Origin: Macrostomum lignano
Taxonomy: Eukaryota
Reading direction: 5' to 3'
DNA length: 64,000 bases
NCBI GenBank assembly: GCA_002269645.1
Contig: NIVC01003006.1
Coordinates: 1 to 64,000, forward strand
Positions 50,700 through 62,817 of this stretch are shown here, in pieces. The position numbers and the translations under genes are program-made. Position 1 is the first letter of the stretch; each line of letters starts with the position of its first letter. The notes under the pieces were generated by a model, which saw only the letters and a list, made by a program, of their open reading frames with translations, made no database searches and had not been told where the DNA came from.

Positions 50700-51946
50700 G
50701 CACGGCACCACCCAACGGCCCAGCCAATAAGAATCGGCCTCACAGCACCACCCCAGCCACAGAGAATCCAACTCACAGTACTACCCAGCGGCCCAGCCAA
50801 TAAGAATCGGCCTCAGCACCACCCCAGCCAATGGGAATCGACCTCACAACACCACCCCAGCCACTGAGAGAATCGGGTCTCACAGCACAGCACGGGCCTC
50901 ACTCTAGGCACTGGGAATCTGGTCTCACGGCACCACCCCAGCCCCTGAAAATCGGATCTCACAGTACCACCCCAGCCACTGAGAATCGAGTCTCACAGTA
51001 CCACCCCAGCCATTTAAGAATCGGCCTCACTGCACCACCCCAGCCATTTAAGAATCGGCCACACTGCACCACCCCAGCCATTTAAGAATCGGCCTCACTG
51101 CACCACCCCAGCTATTTAAGAATCGGCCTCACTGCACCACCCCAGCCATTTAAGAATCGGCCTCACTGCACCACCCCAGCCATTTAAGAATCGGCCTCAC
51201 TGCACCACCCCAGCCATTTAAGAATCGGCCTCACTGCACCACCCCAGCCATTTAAGAATCGGCCTCACTGCACCACCCCAGCCATTTAAGAATCGGCCTC
51301 ACTGCACCACCCCAGCCATTAAAGAATCGGCCACACTGCACCACCCCAGCCATTTAAGAATCGGCCTCACTGCACCACCCCAGCCATTTAAGAATCGGCA
51401 TCACGGCCTCACGGCACCACCCCAGCCATTTAAGAATCGGCCTCACTGCACCACCCCAGCCATTTAAGAATCGGCCACACTGCACCACCCCAGCCATTTA
51501 AGAATCGGCCTCACTGCACCACCCCAGCCATTTAAGAATCGGCCTCACGGCACCACCCCAGCCATTTAAGAATCGGCCTCACGGCCTCACGGCACCACCC
51601 CAGCCATTTAAGAATCGGCCTCACTGCACCACCCCAGCCATTTAAGAATCGGCCTCACGGCACCACCCCAGCCATTTAAGAATCGGCCTCACTGCACCAC
51701 CCTAGCCATTTAAGAATCGGCCTCACTGCACCACCCCAGCCATTTAAGAATCGGCCTCACTGCACCACCCCAGCCATTTAAGAATCGGCCTCACTGCACC
51801 ACCCCTGCCATTTAAGAATCGGCCTCACTGCACCACCCCAGCCATTTAAGAATCGGCCACACTGCACCACCCCTGCCATTTAAGAATCGGCCTCACGGCA
51901 CCACCCCAGCCATTTAAGAATCGGCCTCACTGCACTACCCCAGCCA
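50700..51946. repeat. 34-bp minisatellite (CACCCCAGCCATTTAAGAATCGGCCTCACTGCAC)
   Basis: Tandem units, degenerate at the 5' end and homogeneous in the middle. Confidence 0.92.
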
Positions 51947-52220
51947 GGGTTGCTTTCACAAACGCAAAATTTCACAACCGCTAAATCACCTACTTTTACA
52001 ACCGCGAAACTTTACAACCGCTATTTTTTTGCAGTCACTTTCATAAACGCGAAACTTCACAACCGCTGAATCACCCACTTTCACAACCGCGAAACTTCAC
52101 AACCGCTAAAAATACTGCAGTATATGAAAGTATGTGCAAAATTTTTAGCGGTTGTAAAGTTTCGCGGTTGTGAAAGTAGATGACATTTAGCGGTTATGAA
52201 ATTTCGCGTTTGTGAAACCC
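51947..52220. mobile_element. MITE with about 75-bp TIRs inserted at the end of the minisatellite
   Basis: Left GGGTTGCTTTCACAAACGCAAAATTTCACAACCGCTAAAT...ACAACCGCGAAACTTTACAACCGCTA mirrors right TAGCGGTTGTAAAGTTTCGCGGTTG...ATTTAGCGGTTATGAAATTTCGCGTTTGTGAAACCC. Confidence 0.75.
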
Positions 52221-52264
52221 ACCCCCCAGCCACTTGAGAAACGGACGAAACCGCCAATTTGCAG

Positions 52265-52708
52265 ATCGCAGCTTTCCTCGGTGACCTGATCTACTGCATA
52301 TTCATGCTATGCGCCCTGCTAGCCAATGCCTGGGTTTACCCTGTGGAGCTGGCCACCATGGAAGGCCTGGCAGGGCTGCTAGGCTTAGGCCAGGCCGTGA
52401 TGCAGGCGCCGCTTCTGCTGGACGGCCTCCGTCGCCGGTCCAGCCGGCCGGATCTGCTAGAAAAAAAGCCCGGCCGAGGCTGCATCGCCGCCCTGCTAGG
52501 CATCAACTTGGCCCTGTGGCTGCTGGGCACCTTCGAGAGCAGCCGAATGGATGGAGTCGCTAGCGAGCTGTTGAACGGGCGCATCTCTGTACTTGGCTAT
52601 CGCCTGGTCATGCACATCGGCCTGCCCTTTGCTATCCTGTTCAGATTCCATTCTAGCGTGTGCTGCTCGCTAATCTGGGGCAAAGCTTACACGGAGGAAG
52701 AGGAGTAA
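52265..52708 (+). CDS. Otopetrin last exon
   Basis: IAAFLGDLIYCIF...KKPGRGCIAALLGINLALWLLGTFE...LPFAILFRFHSSVCCSLIWGKAY, the diagnostic otopetrin C-terminus (KPGR...N.A.W...P..I..RFHS.VC...W..AY). Acceptor TTTGCAG. Confidence 0.92.
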   Translation: MAAFLGDLIYCIFMLCALLANAWVYPVELATMEGLAGLLGLGQAVMQAPLLLDGLRRRSSRPDLLEKKPGRGCIAALLGINLALWLLGTFESSRMDGVASELLNGRISVLGYRLVMHIGLPFAILFRFHSSVCCSLIWGKAYTEEEE

Positions 52709-54178
52709 GCCAATGTAAACTACTGTTAGTAGCAGTGAAGCAAAGCAACGTAAAAAACGCTAATAGTGGCCTTAATGTAAAAACAGTGTCAAGAATTCTT
52801 CAATTTCATACAACAAAGTTATTTAAAAGCAATCCGTTCTTCAATTCAAACTTAGTACCTACTTAGTATTGCTTGTATGTACTTTATAGGCGGTTAGTTT
52901 ACAAAGTTACGATAGTTAAAATTAAACAAAAAAGCTTTTGGAGACAGAAGTTGCCATTTTTATATATCGTGTCAATAAAATCTTATGGATAGAAAACTTT
53001 CCCTGTTTTTTAATCTGGTGTAGATTTTTTCTGGGAATTTTTTTTATAAGATTTTGAGAAAATAAGAAAAATTATTAAAAACTCATTGCTCATAGAGCTT
53101 ATTATCTGCTTAAAACTTAATAAAATTTCTAACAGGTCTCTCGTAGTTCTACTAGGAACTATTTTTAAAATACTTGCGCTTGTCGGATGCGGGATGTCCA
53201 TAAGCTTTTTTGGATTTTGAGATGTTTCTTGGCTTGCTACTTTAAGTAGAATAAAAAGTTTTAGAATATTTGCCAAAGTTGCTTACTTTACATTGTATGA
53301 TAAAGGTTTTTGAATATTTCGCGATCTCTTGCTGTTTTTTAACTGTCGATTAGAAAAAATTATTAATTGTTGTTTTTTTGACATTTTTAGTATTTATTTA
53401 TAATCCATGTCCGCGCACTTTTTTGAACTGAACTTAGCTGTCTTATATTACAATGCAGAAACATTTCGTGCCTTGCTGTGCTTATGCCGATTTTAATTTT
53501 TTTTGAAAATCCACAATTTTTCTTACTAATCGAATTAATTTTTTAGCTATCTGTTAAGATTCGCTTTGAGGCCAATCCTGCTGTAGATCGAACCGATCTG
53601 TCTACTTATTATTGTACCATTGTTTCTGAGTTCACAAACTATATACTTTTCATAAGCACCATTGTTATTGTCAGTAGCTTATTTTACAGGATGTTTACCG
53701 CTTTATTAAAAAAATCTTATAAAATTTTAGCTGGAAACCAAACCAAACCAATTTTTATCATATTGAGCCTTTTTATGGTCTTTTTGTCATTTATATTCAT
53801 TTTATGGCAATATTTTACTGCGTGGCTGCTATGTATAGCACGCTGATAGTTTTTTAAACCGTTTTATTCAATTTTATTCTTAATTAGTTTCCATTCTACC
53901 TTTGCCTTCCAACGCCCGCCTTTTCGGGGATGTGCACCAAGTGTCATTTTAATAGGTATTGCATTCTTTGAAATTTCCGGGGTTCTTTTGAAACTGACTT
54001 ACGGGGTAAATCAAGGATAAAATAATTAAACTTTACAATCTTTTTGAGACACCCTCGTAGTTAAAAAACCCAAGCCCAACCGAGACAATGTTTGTGCCGC
54101 TTAGCGAGCACTCAAAGCCTATTTATAAGCCAATGCCCACCCCGCTGATTGACTAGCGCGTCTGCTCGTGTTGTTGGT

Positions 54179-54590
54179 GAACTTTATCGATTTTCTTTTC
54201 AGCCCAGACCCCCTACTCCCTCTTTGCGTCCAGACAACCTCCCTCTGGCTGTCAGGGTCTGCGCGCGGGTCGGGGAACTTTATCGATTTTCTTTTCAGCC
54301 CAGACCCCCTACTCCCTCTTTCCATCCAGTCAACCTCCCTCTGGCTGTCAGGGTCTACGCGCGGGTCGGGGAACTTTATCGATTTTCTTTTCAGCCCAGA
54401 CCCCCTACTCCCTCTTCATTTAGTGAACCTCCTCCTGGCTGTCAGTGTCTGCGCGCGGGGTCGGGGAATTCTTTATATCGATTTTCTTTTCAGCCCCGAC
54501 CCCTACTCCCTCTTTTCCATCCAGCCAACCTCCCTCTGGCTATCACGGTCTGCGCACGGGGTCGGTGAACTTTATCGATTTTCTTTTCCC
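54179..54590. repeat. 96-bp tandem repeat, about 4.3 copies
   Basis: GAACTTTATCGATTTTCTTTTCAGCCCAGACCCCCTACTCCC... starts at 54179, 54275, 54371, about 54467 and 54568. Confidence 0.9.
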
Positions 54591-54817
54591 CAACATACCT
54601 GAACTTTATGGCTTCTAGCTGTTCATGATTTATTGCTTACCTTTTATTTTAATTAGCTCTTACCATGACTTTTCTGTCTGGCTTATTGTTTTCTAGATTA
54701 TAATCATATGACAATCCTTACAATTACAACCAAAATCTTGCTAAACATTTTATACTATTCCTGCTGAAATATTTACAGCTTTTACCAAGCTAAACTCACA
54801 ATGTAGGCACGGCACTA

Positions 54818-55720
54818 TAGGGATTCCAATCCCGGGATCCCGGGATCCCGGATTGGGGCCAAAAATCCGGGATTTGAATCCCGGGATTTTTTTGGGAATC
54901 GAATCCCGGGATTTTTAATCCCGGGATTGCAAAAGTCCGGGATCGGGATCCCGGGATTTCAAGGCCTTAATCCCGGGATTGGTCCGGGATTAGAACAACC
55001 TTTCAATGCCTAAATTAGATAATTTAAAGTCTAAACGTTTATTTGAATAATAAAACATTTATTTGTTTTTGCTGTTTCTCAATGAAACGCTAAACATTTG
55101 CAAAGCTCCTGTCCTAATTGATCTAAAAATTGTTAATGTGAACTGTAAATGATAGATAATTTTAATTTTTCGTTTTCCACACGAGACGAGACTGAGGGCC
55201 TTTTCATAGTGCTTGTTCTGGTTCCAGAAGCAGAACCAATTTGTGAAGTATAACTTTTTGTCTCCATAACTATAGGGAGATACGTGCTATAAAGTTTTTA
55301 TTATTGAATGACAGTCGCCAAAAAGAAAGTGAAAAATCGTGCAAAGTGAGGCTGTTAAGGCAGTCAAATATTAACAGAGTTTAATAGTTATACTGCTGTT
55401 TTTCTTGGAATTCCGAACCGATTCTGGTTCTGGAATTGGTAACATGAAAAGGCCCTGAGACTCTGAGAGTCGCGAGACCATGACTACTGCACGCGGCACG
55501 CCGCACAGTCCGTCTTAGGATTCCAATCCCGGGATCCCGGGATCCCGGGATTGGGGCCAAAAATCCGGGATTTGAATCCCGGGATTTTTTTTGGAATCGA
55601 ATCCCGGGATTTTTAATCCCGGGATTGCAAAAGCACCGGGATTCCGGGATTTCAACAGCATCGGGATTTCGGGACTATTCAATCCCGGGATTGTAAAATG
55701 TCGGGATTTTGGAATCCCTA
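54818..55720. mobile_element. Composite hAT-like non-autonomous element (TAGGGATTCCAA...TTGGAATCCCTA) with internal duplicate left end
   Basis: TIRs at 54818 and 55720; 7-bp direct repeat GGCACTA on both sides; many ATCCCGGGAT subterminal motifs; second left end at 55516. Confidence 0.75.
55196..55455. mobile_element. PIF/Harbinger-type MITE nested in the composite element
   Basis: TIR GGGCCTTTTCAT...ATGAAAAGGCCC, 3-bp TSD TGA on both sides, inverted subterminal GTTCCAGAAGCAGAACC-like motifs. Confidence 0.75.
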
Positions 55721-55929
55721 GGCACTATGATTAGTAAATTCACGCTTAAAACACCTACGCTGTCTATTTTGGCAGACATAAAAATTACACTGCACTGAAA
55801 CTATATTTTCTATTTATTACCATTGTAATTTCATAATTGTTCGTTATTTTCGTAAGTTTTATGCTAGTACGAGCTTAGTGTAGCACGAGTATTGTGTACT
55901 TTTATTGCACACTTTTAAGAATCCTCAGC

Positions 55930-56240
55930 ATGGGTTACCACCCTCCCAGATCCTCAGATTGAACTTCCACCCTCCCAGATCCTCAGATTGAACTTCCAAC
56001 CTCCCAGATCCTCAGATTGAACTACCAACCTCCCAGATCCTCTGATTGAACTACCAACCTCCCAGATCCTCAGATTGAACTACCAACCTCCCAGATCCTC
56101 TGATTGAACTACCAACCTCCCAGATCCTCTGATTGAACTACCAACCTCCCAGATCCTCTGATTGAACTTCCACCCTCCCAGATCCTCTGATTGAACTTCC
56201 AACCTCCCGGATCCTCAGATTGAGCCGCCACTTTCCCAGA
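55930..56240. repeat. 29-bp minisatellite (CCTCCCAGATCCTC(A/T)GATTGAACT(A/T)CCAA)
   Basis: Direct reading; about 200 bp upstream of the RBM12-like ATG. Confidence 0.9.
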
Positions 56241-56430
56241 TCTTTCCTCATTAAAAACGATTATTCTAGCCTAGCTTACAGAAATTTCATCACGGATCTT
56301 AATGCGAGAATAATCTAAATATACTAAATCTCTAATTGATGCTATTGCATGCCAAAGCACCTCCAGCCTCTAATCTAGGTTAAATTAAGCTTTATCCAAT
56401 CGGACGCAAATTACAACTAGCCAGGTAGCC

Positions 56431-56828
56431 ATGTCGGGCGGCACTGTGCTCATCCGGCTGCAGAACCTCGCCTGGAGCGCCAACGCCTCCGATATTCGCC
56501 GATTTTTCAACGGCTTGGCCATACCGGAGGGCGGCGTCCATATTGTTGGCGGCGATCGCGGCGACGCCTTTGTCACCTTTACCAGCGACGAGACCGCTCG
56601 ACTAGCGCTGCTGCTGGACGGCCAGGAGCTGTGCGGCCAGACTCTGAAACTATTCGTCAGCTCCAATGCCGAGATGCAGCACGTTGTGCAGCAGGTCCGT
56701 CTAGCAGCCGTGGCTCCGGCCGAGGAGCCTCAGCCGCCGACTACACCGACTCCACCGCCGTTGCGAGAACAACCCAATCAGGGCCTGTTTGAGCACTCTG
56801 CTGGGTACCGGGCAGAGGCTACGGACGG
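56431..56828 (+). CDS. RBM12: RBM12-like RNA-binding protein, exon 1 (N-terminal RRM)
   Basis: VLIRLQNLAWSANASDIRRFFNGLAIPEGGVHIVGGDRGDAFVTFTSDETARLAL...LFVSSNAEMQ closely follows the RBM12 N-terminus (IRLQGL...DIRHFFSGLTIPDGGVHIVGG..GEAF..F..DE.AR). Donor GG|GTGAGC. Confidence 0.88.
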
Positions 56829-57044
56829 GTGAGCAGGGCTGATTGTGCTATGGTATGTGCTTTGGTCTAAACAGATTGAGTTTATGAAAAAACTCGCTTC
56901 AGGAATCCAAGGGAGATCGCTGAATTTCTTGTATTGTATTAAGTTCAACAGTGCGAGACATTCTTTCTCTTTGTTTAAAATTCTGCCAAAGATTTAAAGG
57001 ACCCATGACTACCCTTCTATGACTGAATCTCAAATTCCACTGGC

Positions 57045-57235
57045 TTTGACTCACAGAGCATAGCTACTCTCAATAACTCAAATAGCATAGCTACCCCCAG
57101 TGACTCACAGAGCATAGCTACCACACAATGACTCACAGAGCATACCTACCACACAATGACTCACAGAGCATACCTACCCCACAATGACTCACAGAGCATA
57201 CCTACCACACAATGACTCACAGAGCATACCTACCC
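57045..57235. repeat. 28-bp minisatellite (ACTCACAGAGCATACCTACCACACAATG)
   Basis: Direct reading; near the acceptor of RBM12-like exon 2. Confidence 0.85.
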
Positions 57236-57276
57236 CAAAGTGCCTATTTCAACCTACTGACCCGCAACTCTTGCAG

Positions 57277-59047
57277 GCTGACCAGAGGCCCTATCCCAGA
57301 GAGCGCTTCTACCCGGAGGCCGATGCCAGACAGCACACCGGTGGCAGCCGATATTTTCCCGCCGACACTGCCGTCGCAGCCTATGAAAATGACGCCGCGG
57401 CGGCCGCTGTGCCACCAGAGAAGCGGCAGCGTCTTGACCGCGGCGAGGGCTACTATAGGGAAGGCGGCGATGGCTACGGGCGAAACGGCGGCAGGGGAGG
57501 CGGCCGAGGAGGCTACGAACCGACCGCCTACGGCCGTAGAATCTACGCTGATCAGCAGCAGCCGCAGTCGCGATATCCCATGCATCATCAGCAGACTTGG
57601 CCTCAGCAACGGCACAGCAACGGAGCCGAGTCCGAATTCACCGATCGGCAGCAGTACCGGCAGCCGTATCAGCAGCACCCTCACCACCAGCGATATGGGG
57701 AGGACAACGGCGGCAACTACGACAGTGGCTACGGCTCTTCTAGGCGCTGGGCTTCCAATCCTAGCAGAACCGACGAGGAAAACTACAGATATAGCCGCGG
57801 CGGCGACTGGAACGAGCAACACAACAGCGGCTGGGACAATGCACAACAGATGGAAGGCGGAGAAGGTCGCAGCGGCGGCGGCCCTGCTTCTGATGCTGCT
57901 GCGGCTGCCGCGGCTTCTGCCCTGAATGCCTACTCAAACATCTACAGCGGCGGGGAAGACAATCCGCCGTCGACATCGTTGGCAGCGGCCTATTCGTCTA
58001 GCCGGGATCCTCGCTTGGCCGGCCGCAACCAGCGGGAGCGGTGGACTCAACTGCCCGAGGTCCGTCGAAGCTGCTGCCGCTATGAGAGCGAAGATCGATC
58101 GAGCTTCTATAACGAGCACCGGGACCCGAGATTCAAAGGCGAGCTGTACAACGCCGAGGCTCGGAGCCGGCCTGCCGATGAGGCCAAGCAGCCGCAGCCG
58201 CAGCTGCCACTCGGATCGGCGTCCAGCAGCGGCCGGAGCCGAGAACGGGACTACAAAGCTGAGGAAGAGGGCTACGTGTTCTACAAAGATCGCGGCCAGC
58301 AGCAGCAGAGAGGCGGTCGCTACGCCGGCGGCCGGGGCGGATCCCACCATTCGCGTCCGTATGACGATACAGCGGCGGCGGAGTTTGGCGACAGCGGCGG
58401 ACGGCGGGCGTCAATCTTATGATAACTACGAAATGGGTGAGGAGGGCGGCGGTCCGCGCGGCGGCTGGCGAGGACGTGGTAGAGGCGGCCGCGGCGGCGG
58501 AGGGCCAAGCAATGGATTTCCGGCGCCGTACTCTGAGAGCGGCGGCTACCGGCCGAAGCCGTGGATAGCAGACGGCAGCGGCGGTAGCGGTCCAGCCGGT
58601 AGCAGCGGTTTCCAGCTGTTGCCGCAGCCGCCAGTCGGTGACGACGATTCCGTCGCCGCCGCGTTTCGCCAGCTGTGCCATCCCGGCCGGCGAAGTCGCT
58701 GCTCGGCCCGGCGCAAGTGGGCCGCCTCCAAACTGGCGGTCGGAGCCGCTCAGTCCCGGCGGCCGCTGCCGCCGAGCTGCCAAACCAGACCAGTTTGCAG
58801 CCGCGCCGATGCGCAGTTGCGCGAGAGGCGCTGCCGGACTACACGAAGGGCCGCGCGACGAGCATTTCATAGCGCTGGCCGGCCTGCCTCTGGACGCCGA
58901 TTATTCGGACGCCTGCGCCGCCCTTCCTGGAATTCGGCTGGCCCTGTCCGACGTAAAATTCGAGACTGATGCTCTTGGCAGGCGAACTGGACAGGCTTTT
59001 GTCGACTAGTCGAACCGCGGACGTGTTGAGGGCGATTAGCCAGTCAG
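57277..59047 (+). CDS. RBM12: RBM12-like exon 2: long G/R/Y/Q-rich disordered region plus RRM (frameshifts near 58410, 58680, 59005; acceptor phase unresolved)
   Basis: RGG-rich low-complexity text, then HFIALAGLPLDADYSD...KFETDALGRRTGQAFVD (RRM RNP2/RNP1-like); donor CAG|GTGAGC at 59047. Confidence 0.7.
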
Positions 59048-59280
59048 GTGAGCTTCGTTACTAAAGTACTAAATTTTTTTAAGTTTGGTAAAGCCAGCCT
59101 TCAAAAACTTTCTAAGAAACGAAATTTTTCCCATCCTACTTAAGTCATATTTTATTCTGCATGGAATGTCCTAACAACCCAATGGTGTATCCTACTTGTA
59201 AGTAGCAAGATAGGAGTAGGAATAAGTAGGAATAATTATCTGCAACTAATCAATAATCGTATTCGCCTTTTCGATCGCAG

Positions 59281-59926
59281 TAACCGACGACAGCGGCAGA
59301 GTGCACGTGAGCGCCTCCTGCGAGCACGAGTTCCGCTGCGCCAACGATCCGGACTTCACTGGCGACGCCGACGATCCAGACATCGGCGGCGGCAGCGGCG
59401 GCGTGGAATTCCCGCCCAGGCCGTCGCCCTACTACCTGGACTGCTGTCTGGAGGTGAACGGCCTGCCGCAGCCGATCGTAGCCGAGGATCTGCTGACTGT
59501 GTTCGGCGACGATCGGGCAATCGCCGATATGTCTGAAGATTTGCACCTGGACCGGAGCAAGGACCCGAACTCGGTGACGGCTTATCTGCGATTCGACGGC
59601 TTCGAACGATTTGCCGAGGCCACTCGGAGTGACGTCACCCAGCTGGCGCCCTGCGCCTACTTTGTCGCCATCTCCGGCTGCAGTTCGCCAGCTACAGGGC
59701 GGCCTCTCTGCGCTGCGGCGACGCCGGCGCCGAGGAAGACGACGAGGACGACGAAGAGGTCGACGATCAGGGAAGGCCGTCGAAGGCGACCGACTTCAGG
59801 CGCCCGCCGATCGGGTTTCAGCGGCAGCAGCCAATCGGAGCTGTTGTGAAGCAGAAAAACCCGCAATGGAAGAAATCAAAGCCGGATCGAGCGCTGCCTA
59901 GCAACAAGACTGATGAAGCCTGTTAG
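59281..59926 (+). CDS. RBM12: RBM12-like last exon (divergent RRM, acidic tail; frameshift near 59680)
   Basis: Acceptor GATCGCAG; CCLEVNGLPQPIVAEDLLTVF...TAYLRF; after the frameshift ...EEDDEDDEE...TDEAC*. AATAAA near 59978. Confidence 0.65.
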
Positions 59927-61519
59927 CTTCTATGGCTTTGTCCCAGCTTCTCTGTCCCGATAATAAGTTAATCATAATAATAAATTTACTAAAGCGAATA
60001 CAGTAAACGCTGTACAGTCGGAGTCTGTGCGTTGCCGTCGAGTTAAAAATATTTTAAATGCCTGTCAATTCATGTCTATAATTTAACAGCTTATTGCTAG
60101 CGCTGTCTTGTGTGTGCAAAGTGATCTAGCGGCCTGCGTCATCCCATGTTCTAACTATGTGACATTATCCATCTCTCAAATGTTATGATATTTTTGCTAA
60201 CTATCAACTAATAATATATCGCAATAGGCATATCGTATTTCTGTGCTTAAACAGTCACCGAAAGACAACTTTGACCGGAGTCAGTGGTAGTTTAACAGAT
60301 TTTTTTACATGCATCGTACATTTACCGATACAAAGAAATTCTGCAATAACTCACCATCTTTACTACTTAATCTTATGGTTGTAGGTCCTTGTTTTAGTAG
60401 TTTTTAAACAAAGTTCAATTTGGGCTCGATTTGGCTACAGATATTAAAATATCTAGATAGACCACTCAGGCATACAATGCTTTGTAGAACAGCTTTCTAC
60501 TTCCAGTTCAGTAGCAAAGAAGAATACATAAGCTATTTTATAACAATTAAGCCAGTTGAAATGATTCTGATAACTGTAGAAGCCCAAGCTTGCAGACGTA
60601 AACAACTTGCTAATTGATTCAGCCATAATGTACATTAGCCAGCGCCACTGAAATGTACATCGAGAAAGGCAATTAAAAATTAGGCGGCGGGGTGGGTGTA
60701 GAGGTTCCGTGTAGAAAGGGCGCGGTGGAGGGGGCTTCAAGGTTTAAGCTAGGGGAATTCAAGAGCCAATAAATGAGCCTGTCTTTAAGTTTAAACTACA
60801 TTAAAATCGTGCTTGTGTTTAACTTCTGCTGAACTGGAAGTAGCTTACAGGCAAATGTGCTGAGTGCCTTATCTCAGTATCTGTGGTATAGGAGGCTGAT
60901 TAAATTTAGTTTCTTTCTTTGACGTTCTTTTGGCTCTTTTTAAACTTAAATCCCAAAAACGTACATGTGCGAGCAGATCGTACTGTAGACGTATCGATTT
61001 CATCCTAAGCTTGAATTCATACAATGTACATGTGCTCGAACAATTTTATTAATTAATATTTGGTTGGCACTTTAAAACTTCCCCTAACAAATTTAGCAAC
61101 TCAATATAATTTTTTTCCTTTCTGCGTCATATAGAAATTCAACCAGAAATTCAAAGTTAAAAATTAATATAATGCGCGCCCATTTTTAAGTAATGGACCA
61201 AAATAAACACGCACGTAATTTATAATATCTATATGGCTACGAAAAGCTATGTAGTAAATGAGACCGTCAGAGTACTGCATGACGTGTAATCCTGAATAAT
61301 AGCGTATTCGTTCCTAGATACAGCGTGTTTGTATTTTTAAGCGTAAAGCATCATCCTGCCTAGCTGAAAAGCACAATTCGAATATAAATGTAATGGTCAT
61401 TACGTCGCCACTTTTCTTGTTACTTTTTCATTTTTTTTCCGCTATAAACTGAAGTTTGTGGGTACGCGCTCGTAGCATCAGTGTTGAACTGAAGGAGCTT
61501 TTGGGTAGCATTCGGTGTT

Positions 61520-62450
61520 AAACTGAGTGGGCTGATGGGTAAACAACTACAACAATAAACTGAGGGAGCTGATGGGTAAACAACTACAATAAACTGAGGT
61601 TGCTGATGGGTAAACAACTACAATAAACTGAGGGTGCTAATGGGTAAAACAACTACAATAAACTGAGGGTGCTGATGGGTAAACAACTACAATAAACTGA
61701 GTGGGCTGATGGGTAAACAACTACAATAAACTGAGGTTGCTGATGGGTAAACAACTACAATAAACTGAGGGTGCTAATGGGTAAAACAACTACAATAAAC
61801 TGAGGGTGCTGATGGGTAAACAACTACAATAAACTGAGTGGGCTGATGGGTAAACAACTACAATAAACTGAGGGTGCTGATAGGTAAACAACTGCAATAA
61901 ACTGAGGGAGCTGATGGGTAAACAACTACAATAAACTGAGGGTGCTGATAGGTAAACAACTGCAATAAACTGAGGGAGCTGATGGGTAAACAACTACAAT
62001 AAACTGAGGTTGCTGATGGGTAAACAACTGCAATAAACTGAGTGGGCTGATGGATAAACAACTGCAATAAACTGAGGGGGCTGATGGGTAAACAACTGCA
62101 ATAAACTGAGGGGGCTGATGGGTAAACAACTACAATAAACTGAGGGGGCTGATGGGTAAACAACTGCAATAAACTGAGGGTGCTGATGGGTAAACAACTA
62201 CAATAAACTGAGTGGGCTGATGGGTAAACAGCTACAATAAACTGAGTGGGCTGATGGGTAAAAAACTGCAATAAGCTGAGGGTGTTGGTGGGTAAACAAC
62301 TGCAATAAACTGAGGGAGCTGATGGGTAAACAACTGCAATAAACTGAGGGTGTTGGTGGGTAAACAACTGCAATAAACTGAGGGAGCTGATGGGTAAACA
62401 ACTGCAATAAACTGAAGGTGTTGGTGGGTAAACAACTGCAATAAACTGAA
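61520..62450. repeat. 34-bp minisatellite (CTGATGGGTAAACAACT(A/G)CAATAAACTGAGGG(T/A)G)
   Basis: Direct reading, about 27 units. Confidence 0.92.
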
Positions 62451-62817
62451 AAATTGTGTATAGGCAAAAAGCGGGACAATTGGCTTTAGTTTTACTATTA
62501 TTCCAAAAGTGTAAACCGGAATTAAATATAATCTTGTTTTATATTTCAAACTAGAGAAAAAAACTCACAGGGAATTTGTGAGGAACAGATTTTGTTTCTG
62601 CTGGTCGGTAGGCATAGTTTTAATTGAGCAAACAGATGGATGGCCACATATGCAATCGATGGTCATTGGTTCCAGATTGGTCAAAGCGCACGTTCATGAT
62701 CAGCTGAACTGCTTTGGAAAACTAGATAGATGTCAGTGATTGATTTCTACTACCATTGATGGATTGTTGGAATTAAAAGAACAAGATGAACTTTGAAATC
62801 AATTTTCAAGTCGAAGT

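Noticed and set aside
56385-58870. Antisense ORFs overlapping RBM12-like, ALG1, KLHL8 and GPCR exons
   Set aside because: Expected shadow ORFs of GC-rich coding sequence, with no domain signal.
25090-59930. Additional hammerheads at other CTGATGA/CTGACGA hits (about 25110, 36627, 59910)
   Set aside because: No stem II followed by GAAA and no closing stem I.
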